From positions 66,338,889 to 66,400,373 of the forward strand of contig NC_068987.1 of assembly GCF_001194135.2 (NCBI RefSeq): a stretch of DNA of 61,485 bases, read 5' to 3'. This DNA is from Octopus bimaculoides. Lineage: Eukaryota. Positions 40,398 through 54,159 of this stretch are shown in pieces. Made by a program: the position numbers and the translations under genes. The notes under the pieces were generated by a model that saw only the letters and a program-made list of their open reading frames with translations, did not search any database and was not told where the DNA came from. The first letter of the stretch is position 1. Every line of letters starts with the position of its first letter.

Positions 40398-40639
40398 TTT
40401 GTCCTCTATAACCACACCTAGTCCTCCTGCTTCAATGGGATGACCAGTCTTCATGGAGAAATCTCACAGGATCTTGTAATTTCATTCTCCGTCAAAGCGT
40501 CTGTTTCGTGCTCACACCACCTTTCTGCTGCTTTGAAGCCATACACTCGGCTAACATCCCAAACAGTGCACTTGTAAAAAGTGCTTTTGTTTGCAACGCA
40601 GGGGCTAACATAACTCCAAACGTAATACAACATATACAG
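40398..40639 (-). mobile_element. R4/Dong-like (REL-endonuclease) LINE fragment, decayed
   Basis: WDVSRVYGFKAAERWCEHETDALTENE resembles the HW.L...YGF..A..WYEH.PE.V.ENE segment before the PD..D endonuclease. Confidence 0.6.
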
Positions 40640-40677
<38 letters not shown>

Positions 40678-40822
40678 TGCATTCAGTATATTTCTATATT
40701 TCTATATTTCGTCTCTTTTCTTGCAGATTCCATATTTGCTGTCTGACTGAGATTTGTCAGATTTTTTTCTAAAGGCATTTTTGCGAGTCGCTATAATTAG
40801 CGTTTCTGTCTCTCCTTTCAAT

Positions 40823-40848
40823 TTATTATTATTATTATTATTATTATA

Positions 40849-40896
<48 letters not shown>

Positions 40897-41305
40897 GTTG
40901 TTGTTGTTCAGTAGTTTTATTTTTATAACGTGCTTTCACTTCACTACCGAGCGCAGCTCTGTTCGCCTTGGGTATGTGCTGTGGTTTGCTGTGGTGCTCT
41001 TATGTTTACTGTATTGAAAGTGGTTTGAGTAGAATGTGTGCAGTACCCAGTAGTGCAATTTTCTGTATGTTATATATATTTGTAAGTCCTGGTGGTTTTG
41101 TTATGTATTTGTCTGAATATTTTTTTATTATACCTAAGGCACCTACTATGATAGGAATTGTTTCTGTTTTTAGATTCCACATTCGAGTTATCTCTATTTC
41201 CAGGTCTTTGTATTTTGAAAGTTTTTCCATTTCTTTTACAGAAACGTTGTCATTTGCTGGTATTGATACATCAATTAGAAAGCATTTTTTTCCTGTTGCA
41301 GTGCC
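40823..41305 (-). mobile_element. R4/Dong-like LINE 3' end with (AAC)n(AAT)n tail
   Basis: TGKKCFLIDVSIPANDNVSVKEMEKLSKYKDLEIEITRMWNLKTETIPIIVGALG...IQKIALLGTAHIL is a typical REL C-terminus, followed by a 3' UTR and an (AAT)n tract. Confidence 0.9.
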
Positions 41306-41384
41306 AGGCAGTGTCTCTCAGTTAAGATCAGAAGTCATGAGAGACACTGAAGTGGGAAATACGAAGTTTGAGGTAAATGAAGGG

Positions 41385-41568
41385 AGTTGACGTGATACCA
41401 GTGCACTTGGAAGTATTAGCACTCAACTACCTGCATGGCTGAAAAAGATCGATGCAAGTGTGAAGGTAGAACACCTACTAACATCAGTATTGCTTGGTAC
41501 GGCTGACACATTCCATCATACCCAATAAAATAAGCTGTGTGATTTCATGTAGTAGTAGTAGCAGCAGC

Positions 41569-41626
<58 letters not shown>

Positions 41627-41655
41627 CAAAGCGGAGGAGGAGGAGGAGGAGGAGG
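41385..41655 (+). mobile_element. Second R4/Dong-like 3' end in the opposite orientation, with (TAG)n(GAG)n tail
   Basis: ALGSISTQLPAWLKKIDASVKVEHLLTSVLLGTA followed by (TAG)n at about 41549-41625. Confidence 0.65.
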
Positions 41656-42582
41656 GGGGTATGTATTGTTATTCATTCATTGTTGAGCAACGTCAATTAC
41701 AAAGATAAAAGAGAAATGATATATGTGTGTTTCTATTCATATTTCAATGATTGGCCATTAATCGCAATGGGAAACGAACAATGTGTAAACCCTCATTTTT
41801 AAAGCTATGTTTACGCCCCTTGAAGATGTTTGAAGCATGGGAATATCGATATAATTTTTCATACTCTGTGTTGACCACTCAGATTGATAACTTTAGTTGT
41901 TTAACCTATGAGAGATGATTTATGATCTGGCCAAAGTTGAGATTAATATAATTCCCAAGTATCGCATTGAAAGTTTCAAAATGATAAAGCTGCTCACTGC
42001 TATGAATCATAAAACAATATGGTGTAGTTTGAATAACGGTCTCTTTAAACTGTGGCATCTTGCCAATAAATTTTAATCTGAAGATATCAAAGTAGAACTT
42101 AGGGAAATTAAAGAATTTCATGCAATTTGTGTTTTGTTCATTGAATAAAAATATTGATATTTTTAACGGCTCCAATAAAAAGATGGAAGCTAAAAACTGA
42201 AAACGTAAAATGTCTTTATATCATCTATGTTTTGTATATCTAGGAATGCTATCATTTTGACCAAAAAGTACTCTGTAATCTACAGTAACATTTAGTGAAT
42301 CTACGACTTGTAAATGAGGTTCCCATCTACTCATGAATTGTTTCTTTATATTTACTTTGTTACAGATAGTAAAAGAAACAGCTAGATATAGTATTCACTT
42401 TTAGGAATTGTCAAGTCACAAGAAACTGTATCCACTAATACCTGTCTAACATCAAATGGATTTCGATTCGCAGTCGTCGCTATTTTCTTTTATTTCTACC
42501 GTATCAACAAAGTTTCCCTAAACATTTTTAACTTTATAAACGGCTATAATTTCAGATTATAGTTTAGATTATAGTTTTAGAT

Positions 42583-43627
42583 TGAAATGGCTTACAAAGA
42601 CGCTGCCGTGAGCAAAACACAAAGTTACGAGTGGTTTTCACCCTTTTGGAATGGTCATTTGTAGCTTAAAGACCAATCTCGTTCAGGCCGATCCTCGACC
42701 TTCCGAACGAATGAAAACGTTACGAAAATTTCTTGAATTGAACTTGGCGGACCGTCGCTGAACAATTGAAGAACTTGTTGATATGACTGCTGTGCCCTAG
42801 AGCTCCTCCCAAAGAATTTTGAGTGAGCAATTGCAAATGAAATGAGTTGCATCAAAATTTGTGCTTCGCTTGCTTACTGAAGATCAAAAACAGTCACGAC
42901 TGAATGCGTGTCGTGTACTGAAAGAACAGCTAGAAGTTTATCCGGACCTTTTTCGAAGGTCATCACTGATGATAATAAAAGCTGGTGCTACGGTTACAAG
43001 CGGGAAACGAAGCAGCGATTAAGTTGATGGAAGCATTCAATGTCACCACGTTCCCCAAAAAGCGCGTCATGTGAAGTCCAGTGTCAAGACGATGCTGATT
43101 TGTTTCATGGATGGGAAAGAAATTGCCTACACAGAATTTGTTCCTTCTGGTCAAAGTATTAACCAGATGTTAATACTGAAGCGTTTGCGAGATGCGGTGA
43201 GACGAAAACGCTCCGAACTGTGGCAAAGTGGAAAGGGTTGGCTTCATCACAACAATGCGCTTGCGCACACCACCTTGAGTGTGAGACAGTTTTTGACAAA
43301 AATGGCAAGATCCCGCTTACCCACCCTCCCTATTCATCCGATCTTGTTCCCTGCGACTCCTTTTTGTTCAGACGAATGAAAAAAGTCCTTAATGGAAAAC
43401 CATTTGCAGATGAGGGAGAGGTGAAGAAAAAAACGACGAAGGCGTTAAACAGCATCATGTCGCAAGAGCTTCAGGACTGCTTTGAACAGTGGAAACAGTG
43501 GAAAACGCGTCAGGAGTGATGCAATGCTTCAAATGGGAGAATACTTAGAAGGCGATAAAGGTGTAAACATATAAAAGTGAATAAAATACTATTGCAAAAT
43601 ACGTTCTCTTTTGAGTACTCCCTCGTA
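42583..43627 (+). mobile_element. mariner transposon, 5'-truncated, transposase pseudogene
   Basis: AYKDAAVSKTQSYEWF; SWCYGY..ETKQ; KSSVKTMLICF; HHNNALAH; PYSSDLVPCDSFLF; EYLEGD. Many stops and frameshifts. Right TIR ...tttgagtactccctcg|TA present; left TIR not found. Confidence 0.92.
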
Positions 43628-46029
43628 TGCATACATATGTATGTATGTGTGTGTATGTATGTGTGTGTATTTATGTAGGTTTATGCTCGTCAGGTGGTAG
43701 AACCTTTAGCACGTCGAACAAAAATAAATTCTTGGAGATATTTCTTCCGGCTCTTTGTGTTTAGAGCACAAATCCCATCGAGGTCAATTTTGCCTATCAA
43801 AGTTATGATGAAACATTTTCTATGGATGCCTATATAGAGAAACTACATAACCTATATGAACAAATAATTAATAACAGACAAGTTTATAAAGCAATCTGTC
43901 TAGAATTTTCAACTCTAGTATGTACCTCACAGAAATGCAACAACTTCAACTACTACATACTGCGTGATGATATTGGAATTAGCATATTTGCTACAAGAAG
44001 CCACAGCTTGGATTTTGCACTACTTACATCTTTTGCATATATACATACATACAAACACACGTAACCCGCTCTAAAATTTGACACTGCTCACCGTAATACC
44101 CAATCTATGAATGTACAATACAATAAAAGGGCTTGCACCATCCTTGGTAGCAAATCAAATCAAATATGGCAGGGAAAACGAGCAAAAACTTTAAGCAGTA
44201 AGGAATATTAAACAAAACCAGAGAACATGCTATAAAAGGAAATAATGCAATCGGCAATAAAAGAAACTGTTTCTTTTACTTCAGACGTTAAATTTAGTTT
44301 TTATTTTCCCTGGAATTGAAACTGTGCTACGCTTTCGTCATATACAATAATATACATAGCCAGATATGAACGACTTGACCTCGGTGTGCCTCAGCTTATA
44401 ACTTCTTCACGAAATTATAATAGGTTGAATTGACGCAAAAGAATCTGACATCAGAAATTAGGTATAGAAAAATATGAAATCCATGATGAATAGCAAACGC
44501 CACTATTTCTGCTAAATTATTAACTTAGAATATTGAATTATGTATTGAAGTATATATAACTACTATAGATTTAAATAACACGTATGACTACGTCAATAAC
44601 AAGAAATAGCAACTGATTCTCCAACATATCAGATTCTACAGTTAGAACAAATAGATTGAAATATGTAATGGCCTGACCAAATGACAGAACAATTATGGTA
44701 AGAACGTATTTGATCATAGATCAGCTTTCAGGGCCGACCAGATGCTAGTTTAGGCAATATTCTATAATGGCATACATATAGATATACGTTTCGACACTAT
44801 TGCTCACCATTAGCTATTCAAGGATTAAAACTGGAATCTCGTAATCTGATATCAATTATCAGTTATGACAGTGAGATAAAGATACAGTTTTAGATGTGAT
44901 ATTTTGACGTTTTTATGTTTCATTTTGTTTGCATTAAAATATAAAAACACCTAAAATTCAACTTCAATTGCTAGTGAGCTTCAGATTTAATTATATTTTT
45001 ATTGCTAATGGTGATCAATAGATTCGATCGTGACAGATTTCCGGCGAGTCAATCATTGATTCATAGTTCAGTGCATTGTCGACGACGAAAGTGGCAAACT
45101 GTTTGCTACTTAATGTACAATAATTATTCCGAAGGCCACAGCATTTTAGTCTCCTCGCTAGTAAGAGATGCATTTATTTGCATATATTCGAAGGAAATCG
45201 GTACGGTTTCCATCTCTTAAACTCCAAAGATATCAACTCGATGTTAAGAAAAATACACTTTCACCATTGTGTTGCGTAGTGGAATCTTGTGATTGAGAAT
45301 AGATTTTATTTGCCACTCACTCATGCATGTGAGAGTGCGATGAAGTTTCCAGTTTGCAGGAACAAATTTTACTTCCGTTGCTAAAAGCCTTGTGACTTGA
45401 GTGGAAATAAGGCTTTTCATTCCATCTTCCTCTAACAATAGAAAATCTATGTTCTTATTAAAATAGAATAAAGTCTACGTTCTGAGTGAACAGAGAATCT
45501 GCGTGCCTATTCAAATAGAAAACAATGACTATCTACATCGTACGATTAGTTTGTTTATAACATAAAATGTTTGCGACCACAACAAAAAAAATAAAAAGCA
45601 ACTTGCGTTCGGTCTTCAAATAAAAATATGTCTCCTATCATCATTATAGGTGAAGAGGAAGATTATTCAACCAAACTAGCTAGCTTCTTCAGCGTGTATT
45701 ATATTCCGAAATTTACCCTACAGTCGTCAATTATATGCAGTTAATGATCCACATTAGTTTCAGCAGACCGATTTGTCAAAAATCAGTGGGATAGTAATAG
45801 CATATTCACTTTCACCTGAATAACACTCTTAAAAACTAAGAAATCTTAGCGATATGCGTTTCATTTGTTGGTATTATGGCGAAAGAAAACAATTTTAAAT
45901 TATACAAATAACAAAAGTGACTGCCATTTATTTAAAATATCGTCTTTTCCATGTACGTTAAAAGCCAATTTACGGTATTTGCCTAAAAGCATAGAATTCA
46001 AAAGAATATATCACCACCTATAAGAATTC

Positions 46030-46900
46030 CCAGTGAGAAGGGATACAAACGAAGAGACATCAGCTCTTCAGAGAATGTCTATAAATGCTCATCAGGATCA
46101 TTGTCTGGGTAGATGATGTGAACATCAATGGTGAGCTACTAACATTCGTAGATGACATTGTACTCATTACCAAAAAGCACAGACCAGTTGCAGGCCATGC
46201 TAAGATAGCTGGACACCTATAGCTCAGCGGTCGGCTATAAAAAAGAGCCGTAAGAAATCAAAGTATATACAGCCCGAAGACGTTACACAAAGCCGGATAG
46301 AATTGGGAAGTGATGAAATCCATGAGGTAAAGGAGTACTTCCAAACAGCATGCACAATGAATATGTCCCCAGACATAGATCCTGAATTCTCGAAGACAAT
46401 AAGGATGGGATAAGGGGTGTTTACTCTAATAAAGGATGTCTTCCAAGAAAAACTGGACAAAACAAGCCTTGTAAGACTTTTCAACAGCACTGTCGTATCT
46501 GGTACCCTAAACGGAAGTGAAACGTAGGCTACTACGAAGTTGGATGAGTATTGATTGGCTACGTCAAAAAGGGCCATGGAATGAGCCATGCTAGGAGAGA
46601 GCTTACTAGAAATGAGATTATTTGACAAAAGGAGCGGAGTGAATAATGTGAGTGCAAAATAGTGAAAGCACAAGTTCCGCTCAACCGCATAACTTAAAAG
46701 TTTCGCTGAAAATAGCAGCAGCCGTCCAGTTGCCGAGAGATCAGAGCCGTCCAGTTGCCGAGAGATCAGAGCCGTCCAGTTGCCGAGAGATCAGACCAGG
46801 TCACATGGACGGCCTCCACAATGATGGGAAGACGGTATGGTTACACAATGTGGGCGAAGTTGGAAAAGAATGGTGCAATTAAAGTATTGGAAGTACATTG
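46030..46900 (+). mobile_element. RTE-like LINE 3' part, decayed
   Basis: VNINGELL, FVDDIVLI, LFNSTVVSGTLNGSET*ATTK, RAME*AMLG, RSGVNNV and GRPP near the end. Confidence 0.8.
46721..46795 (+). repeat. Perfect 25-bp tandem triplication
   Basis: gccgtccagttgccgagagatcaga x3 (46721, 46746, 46771). Confidence 0.95.
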
Positions 46901-47029
46901 TGACCAGCGATGTATAACAACATCTAATACTCTGGTCGGTACAGTACCCGCTATAACAACCACAAGTCCTCCTTCAACATCCCGGAGAGATGTAACGCCA
47001 TAATCTTCGTCAAGCACCTATGGTAATTG

Positions 47030-47210
47030 AAAGAAAGCGCCACCGAGTACAGCATAAAGTAGAAGATTCTAGATAAATACAAAGTGCAAGGTGCAAATTA
47101 TGTCTGGTTGAAAAGAACGATATTAAAGAGCGTCCAGTACCCGGGCATTTACCTGAATAGCAGAAGTGAAATGTTTAATCGTTGACCACGGAAAAGGAAG
47201 TACATTTAAA
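47030..47210 (+). mobile_element. PLE C-terminal (GIY-YIG end) remnant
   Basis: KESATEYSIK*KILDK / RCKLCLVEK / YLNSRSEMFN resembles the W.I...RC.LCL.EK...LN.RSE....CRH end of some PLE ORFs. Confidence 0.55.
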
Positions 47211-47536
47211 CATGCCTGCATGTTCCATCATGATTATAATTACCAGTCTTCTAACTTCAACCCTCCACCAATACCTGGGAGTCCGGCAAAGATTTTGACC
47301 AGAACATACACTAGCACACCCACAAACAAGCAAACACGCCCCAGCATGGGGGGAGAGCTACACAAGAGATTTATTTTCACACCTATCCCAATAAAAGCTT
47401 CCATACATATTGCACCCCTTTACACACCGCGTGCACACATAATTCGCAAGGAATTTAACCAATACTTAAAAGAAAGAAACACGTTAATGAAAACAGATGT
47501 GTATGCTCCCTGCTCCGCAAAGGCTATACATATACT

Positions 47537-47739
47537 ACCGGGCGAAATACTTAGCAGTATTTCGTCTGCCGCTACGTTCTGAGTTCAAATTCCGCCGAGG
47601 TCGACTTTGCCTTTCATCCTTTCGGGGTCGATTAAATAAGTACCAGTTACGCACTGGGGTCGATATAATCGACTTAATCCGTTTGTCTGTCTTTGTTTGT
47701 CCCCTCTGTGTGTAGCCCCTTGTGGGTAGTAAAGAAATA
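47537..47739 (+). mobile_element. SINE family B, 5'-truncated, low divergence
   Basis: B box gagttcaaattcc, the intact core gtcgactttgcctttcatcctttcggggtcgattaaataagtaccag, and the tail tttgtcccctctgtgtgtagccccttgtgggtagtaaagaaata. Confidence 0.9.
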
Positions 47740-48115
47740 CCACTACACACATTCTATTTCCACACGAGCACCAACCTTAAATATACACACATTTCCCACA
47801 AATACTTTTCCACAAATACTTTGTCGATTTGCAACAAAACTACTCCAAGCGACGAGGTTTTGGTATGAAGGGACATAACTCTTAACTCAATCCCCTACTC
47901 GATTCGTTTTATCAATTTTTCACAGTAATCAGAATATAACGAGGCAGCAATTATATTTCACCTGAAGAGATACAACTGGATCCCATTATACAGGTAAATC
48001 GTTGCTTACTTTTAATCCTGTGTATATGTCGATCTATGTTGTGTCGAAACATGTGTGGTGCTTATTAAATAGCTGTCTAACCGCACTCCATGTTGACTCC
48101 CTTTTTTCAGTTATA

Positions 48116-48550
<435 letters not shown>

Positions 48551-50620
48551 ATATAAGTGTGTATGCATACTATATATATATATATATATATATTACACAC
48601 ACGCACACACACACACACATATATATAGATGAGCTCTTTGCAGGCCAACAGTTTCTACGACGACGACAATGACAAGGCCGACAGTGGCGTTGATACCACT
48701 TGTGTCGAATATCATAATGATCCTGACTATGAGCATCAGAGCGAAAAGTGGAAAAATTCAAACTTCTTAATTCTCAAAATAGGAAACCGAAACATATATT
48801 CTTTAAGAATGTATCTAATGTTAAGAAGATTATTCAGATAATCAAGTTTTTATTGATACTCATACTACTCTTGAATGAAATATCTTTCGTTGGCTCCCCT
48901 ATTGTCTGTCTCTGGTTATTTAACTGTCATTCATATAAATCAATTTCACATTCTAGCCTGAGATATTTTTAATTGTACAGCGAATCTTATTGACCTCTGT
49001 GATTGAAATGTTAACCGGCCAATCCTAATGTCGCTCGGCTCTTCTCACCTTTTCATAGCATCTTCAGAGAATCTCATGCATTTCATATGTCGTAGGTGTC
49101 TTAGGTTTTACGTCATTAATACGTTAATACATTTCGAAATCTCACATTATTAGACGACCGAAATGATTCTTTTGTTGTTTTTGTTCTCACTTTTCAATAA
49201 GTACCTGCCCTTAAGATACATCCTTTGTGTAGACATTTCAGTTCTTCAAACAGTCCACTCATTGTTCTTATTTGAAGATAATTCAATAATTTCTTTTATC
49301 TTCACAATCCATGTCATTCCACTCATGTCATACAAGGTTCAATCATTCTTTACGTTCTAATGTATAATAGTTGCTTTAGGTACGGATATATTATCAGCAT
49401 ATCTGAAAAGCCACTGCAGATTTCTTGAAGTATTTTAAGCGTTTACCCCATTCTTTGATAAAGATATAAATATCAAGCTCCTCATTTTAATTTCACCTTG
49501 TCTCTGACAATTTATTGTGGTTGGCTGTAGTTATACGCCATTGACAACGTCCGACGTGGTAGAAATGCATGTGGCTTTTTCGCTAGCTGCTCTATATATT
49601 GTGTTATTAATTGTAGCATGTCTATAAGAGATATTTTCGAATGAAGATGTATTTATATTATGATACAGTATTGGCTATTATTGCGTCTGTTCCATATAAC
49701 GGACGTTTATTCAGTCGGATCGCTGTTCGCAATGACAATGAATATTTTCTCTTCGCTTTGGCAGAGCGATAGACATCCGATCTACCGATTACCTGTAGAC
49801 AATGCAAAGAATAAAACGCACAATCTATCTTGTGGCATTGTCTGCAATTACTCTACGCCCTGAATGTTCACTCTACCGATAATTATTTTCCTTCTCTGAT
49901 AGAGATGAATAAATTATTGTGCAAGTACTGAAAGGAAGGGTTCTATATAATTGATTATACCTCTCCTTCAAATTGTGTGGAAATACGATTATTTTAGAAA
50001 TGTGAGTTTAGTTGATCGCTTGATAGATAATGATTCTCACTCTCTTTGTACAAACCAAATATTTAGCGTATGTTACAATTATTCTGTCTTCGAAAATATA
50101 TTGATTTATGACCCTAGGCCCACGTGTATTCAACGTATCCTTGATGATGTACCCAGTTGTTACTCAGTCCTTGATAAATGCATTCCGGTTATTTGCCAGT
50201 CTTATTTGACCGGTGTAGCCACAAAGTTTGTTATATTGCAGACTTTAACTTCCATTTCTTGGAAGTTCTTGTGGAAGCTCCCTCATCGTTTCTTGGTTTG
50301 ACAAATATTTTGCAGTATGTAATTATGGAATAAGTGTGTGTGATATAATGAGAGCTGATCGGTATCTAACAACTACTGGTCTACTCCGATGAAGGATTTC
50401 AAATCCAATCGTTGGCATGCTAAAATTAGCAGGCAAATATCTTTCGAATCCTACCCTGTCGTTATAAAACAATTCACTGAAAATTTTAGAGAATGCAGTC
50501 TTAGATGAACTAAAAACAGAAGTGGTGGGCCTGGCCTAAATTGTTCATTGGATCACACATAAAACAAGCTGATACTAAAACTTATATTTACACGCACACA
50601 TACACAGGCACGCACACAAA

Positions 50621-51462
50621 TACGAGATGGTATCAAAAAGTTCCAGGACTAGTTATATTTAATAAAACATAACTAAGTTTTAATATCATCTCCTTCAAAA
50701 TAGTCCCAGCGACCCTACTACTTTTGGAATCTGACCTGGAAGTCGTTTTCCGTCAGCGAATCGAGGAGCTTCTGCAATTCGCTCTTGATTTCGACAATGG
50801 TGCTAAAACGGCAACTTTGAACTGCATTTTCATATCGGAAAAGAGATGAAAATTCGCAGGTGCTAAATCTGGCGAATAGGTCGTGTGCAGACGCGACATC
50901 ATATTATTTTTGGTGAGAAACTCACGAGATTAGAGAGTTCAATGATAGGGTGCATTGTTACGCTCCACAAATCAGGTCGCTTTCACAGAGTGTCCTACCT
51001 TAGATGTTTCAAAACCTCTCAGTAGAACTCTTGGTTGACGGTCTGACTCTCGTGGACAAATCGCGATGTACAAAAACGCGGATGTTGCCAAAAAATGATA
51101 AGCATGCTCTTGATGGAACTGCGGCTGTGCCACCCGAAACCTTGCGTACGACCCAATGACTCATCGCCGTAAGCTTTCCAAAACATGCCCAATGTCTCAG
51201 AAGCAAACATCCCTAGTTTAACGCAAAAATTTACGTTAGCTCTATCTTCCAGTTTCCTATCCATGCCAGAAGTCGCAGACTACAGCATACGCGTGATCAC
51301 AAAAACATAAATTTTACAACTTGCGAGGTAAACACCGCAATGTCGTTCAGCACACTGAACTTAGTAAAGTCACTGCTAGTTCTCACTGCACATGCAACCC
51401 TGTGCTGCCATCTGTTGGCTCGCTACAGAACTAGTCCGGGAACTTTTTGATACCACCTCGTA
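50621..51462 (-). mobile_element. Internally deleted mariner (842 bp) with both TIRs and TA target duplication
   Basis: TA-inclusive 34-bp ends tacgagatggtatcaaaaagttccaggactagtt and the reverse complement tacgaggtggtatcaaaaagttcccggactagtt (2 mismatches). Coding jumps from GWHSR to SSIKSMLIIF at 51121/51120; PYSPDLAP is retained. Confidence 0.95.
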
Positions 51463-52962
51463 TACGAAAATGTTTGTCAGTAGATATCCCACACATCGCA
51501 ATATATCAAAGTAATCCTTTTTTCATTACACTTTCTTACGTGCCATTATCTTCTCGTTTTCTTTGATGTATTTTTCTAAATTCCCCTTTCCTGCTCCTTT
51601 CTCTAATTCAGTCACTATCACCTTGCCACCTAATTACCTATGTACTAATATATATGGTAATCATTTCGTTTCTTTCTCTTTGACCGAGAGTTCCTTAAGC
51701 CTGTTTGTCTTTCTGTTGCTTTTTTATTCATTGCTTTTATCGTCTTTTACACAATTGTTCATTTTGTTCTTTTTTCTTTTCCCTCCATCAGGTTACTATT
51801 TTCTTCAAACAATTCAATTTTTTTATAAACATCCCAATGTTTACAAAGTAATTGAATCATGTTGTGAATATCGTTTGTGTTTGCGTATTAAACGCCACAT
51901 GAATTGCTATTGGTTATTGTTACTGTTCAATTAGTCCCATTAAACAGTGATAATGATGTGACGATATGTTTATGATCAAGCGTTTCTAATTATGATCAAG
52001 CTTTCTAATTATTACATATAAAAGAGATGTATATGTAGAATCGTTTGTCTAGGACGAAAATGAATTGTGTTATTAATTCGTTTCAAATTTGTGCAGCCCC
52101 ATTTAAATAGTTAGGTGAACTTTCATCATACAGATTATTTCTCGTTCTGTGGTTTCTGTAGTCGAGTATTTCCTCCGCTAATACTCGTTGCCTTACAAGC
52201 CATTATACATAGTATAACAGTTAAAACTTATAAATATCAATTTAAAGATTGACGAGTGCGGGGAAGGAGTTATCGACAAAAACTATAACACTCTTACAGA
52301 AAGAGATTTTTAGCATTTATTTATCCGCAAAGCACCTCTGACAATTTCATCTCATGGCGTTTAAGTCTTTAATTTCAAGATATTCAAACTACTTCTGCTC
52401 TTCAGAAATACATAAACATCATAACAACCGATCAAAGATTACATCGATTGCTTTTTGTATATAATAATCAGAAATCTGTTGCTTTATGTTGTAATCTTAC
52501 CTTGAAGCAAATCTTCCCAATAAACTTTTGGTTGATTTTGGTGGTGGTGATTTTTGTGTATGTTTGTACATATATATATATATATATATNNNNNNNNNNN
52601 NNNNNNNNNNNNNNNNNNNNNNNNNNNNNNNNNNNNNNNNNNNNNNNNNNNNNNNNNNNNNNNNNNNNNNNNNNNNNNNNNNNNNNNNNNNNNNNNNNNN
52701 NNNNNNNNNNNNNNNNNNNNNNNNNNNNNNNNNNNNNNNNNNNNNNNNNNNNNNNNNNNNNNNNNNNNNNNNNNNNNNNNNNNNNNNNNNNNNNNNNNNN
52801 NNNNNNNNNNNNNNNNNNNNNNNNNNNNNNNNNNNNNNNNNNNNNNNNNNNNNNNNNNNNNNNNNNNNNNNNNNNNNNNNNNNNNNNNNNNNNNNNNNNN
52901 NNNNNNNNNNNNNNNNNNNNNNNNNNNNNNNNNNNNNNNNNNNNNNNNNNNNNNNNNNNNNN

Positions 52963-52998
<36 letters not shown>

Positions 52999-53027
52999 CA
53001 TATACATATATATGTGTGTGTGTATAC

Positions 53028-53074
<47 letters not shown>

Positions 53075-53856
53075 AATGCTCTATGTAGTTTATATCTATA
53101 TGTAGGTTTATATATTAATATGTTTGCATTATAAAACCAATGTGTGATCTCCCATTGTTTCTAATGGTAAGCATTATGCTTAGGAATATTGTTGTTATAT
53201 TTGATATGTAGTTATTGCTATTACTATTTAAAACCTACATCGAAACAGACACGTACTTGCAAAGTCGCAGATACGCACTATCAGGCATACACTAACGTAC
53301 TTATATATGTATGTGCGTATAGGTGTAGTTTAAAACACCATTACACACGTTTCGGCAGTGTGGTTTATTTCACTTACGTGTCCATTACACAACTCCGAAG
53401 ACATAACACAAATTCGTATTTTTATGCACCAGCCATTTATTCAGGTGATATTCTGAATATTTTGGCAAAAATATATTTGTCTGTGTGCATGTCAGTGTGT
53501 CAGTCAAATAGTTATGTGGGAATATTTATTCAAATTAAAAAGGGAATGAAAAACAATCGATATTCGCACAGCTTGTCAAAGTAAGTTTACTTGTGTAATT
53601 AAATTATAAGTTTAAATTAATCAATAATGCACTCAAGTAAACAACATGAAGCGTGTATGTGTACGTGTGCGTGTGTGCTTCTAATATTATGCATATTATA
53701 GTATCATGCGAGGAACTTGGGTTCATTTATCTATATATCTGTCTGTCTCTCTGTCTGCAGGTCTCTCAGTCTCTCTGTGTATCTATCTATCTACCTGTCT
53801 ATTAACTCTATCAATCAGTCTCTGTCTGTCTGTCTGTCTGTCTGTCTGCCTGCCTG

Positions 53857-53889
<33 letters not shown>

Positions 53890-54101
53890 GCATATATATA
53901 TATATATACGCACACACACACACACAATCATACAACAAAATATTTAATGCAATCCTACAAAATTTTCAGTCCTATAAAATATATTCTCTTTTGCTCGTGG
54001 GTCATAGGCACATACATACCTATATACATAAACACATACATGTATACCTGCATACATACATATATACACAGCCACATACATACACATGCACACACACATG
54101 C

Positions 54102-54159
<58 letters not shown>

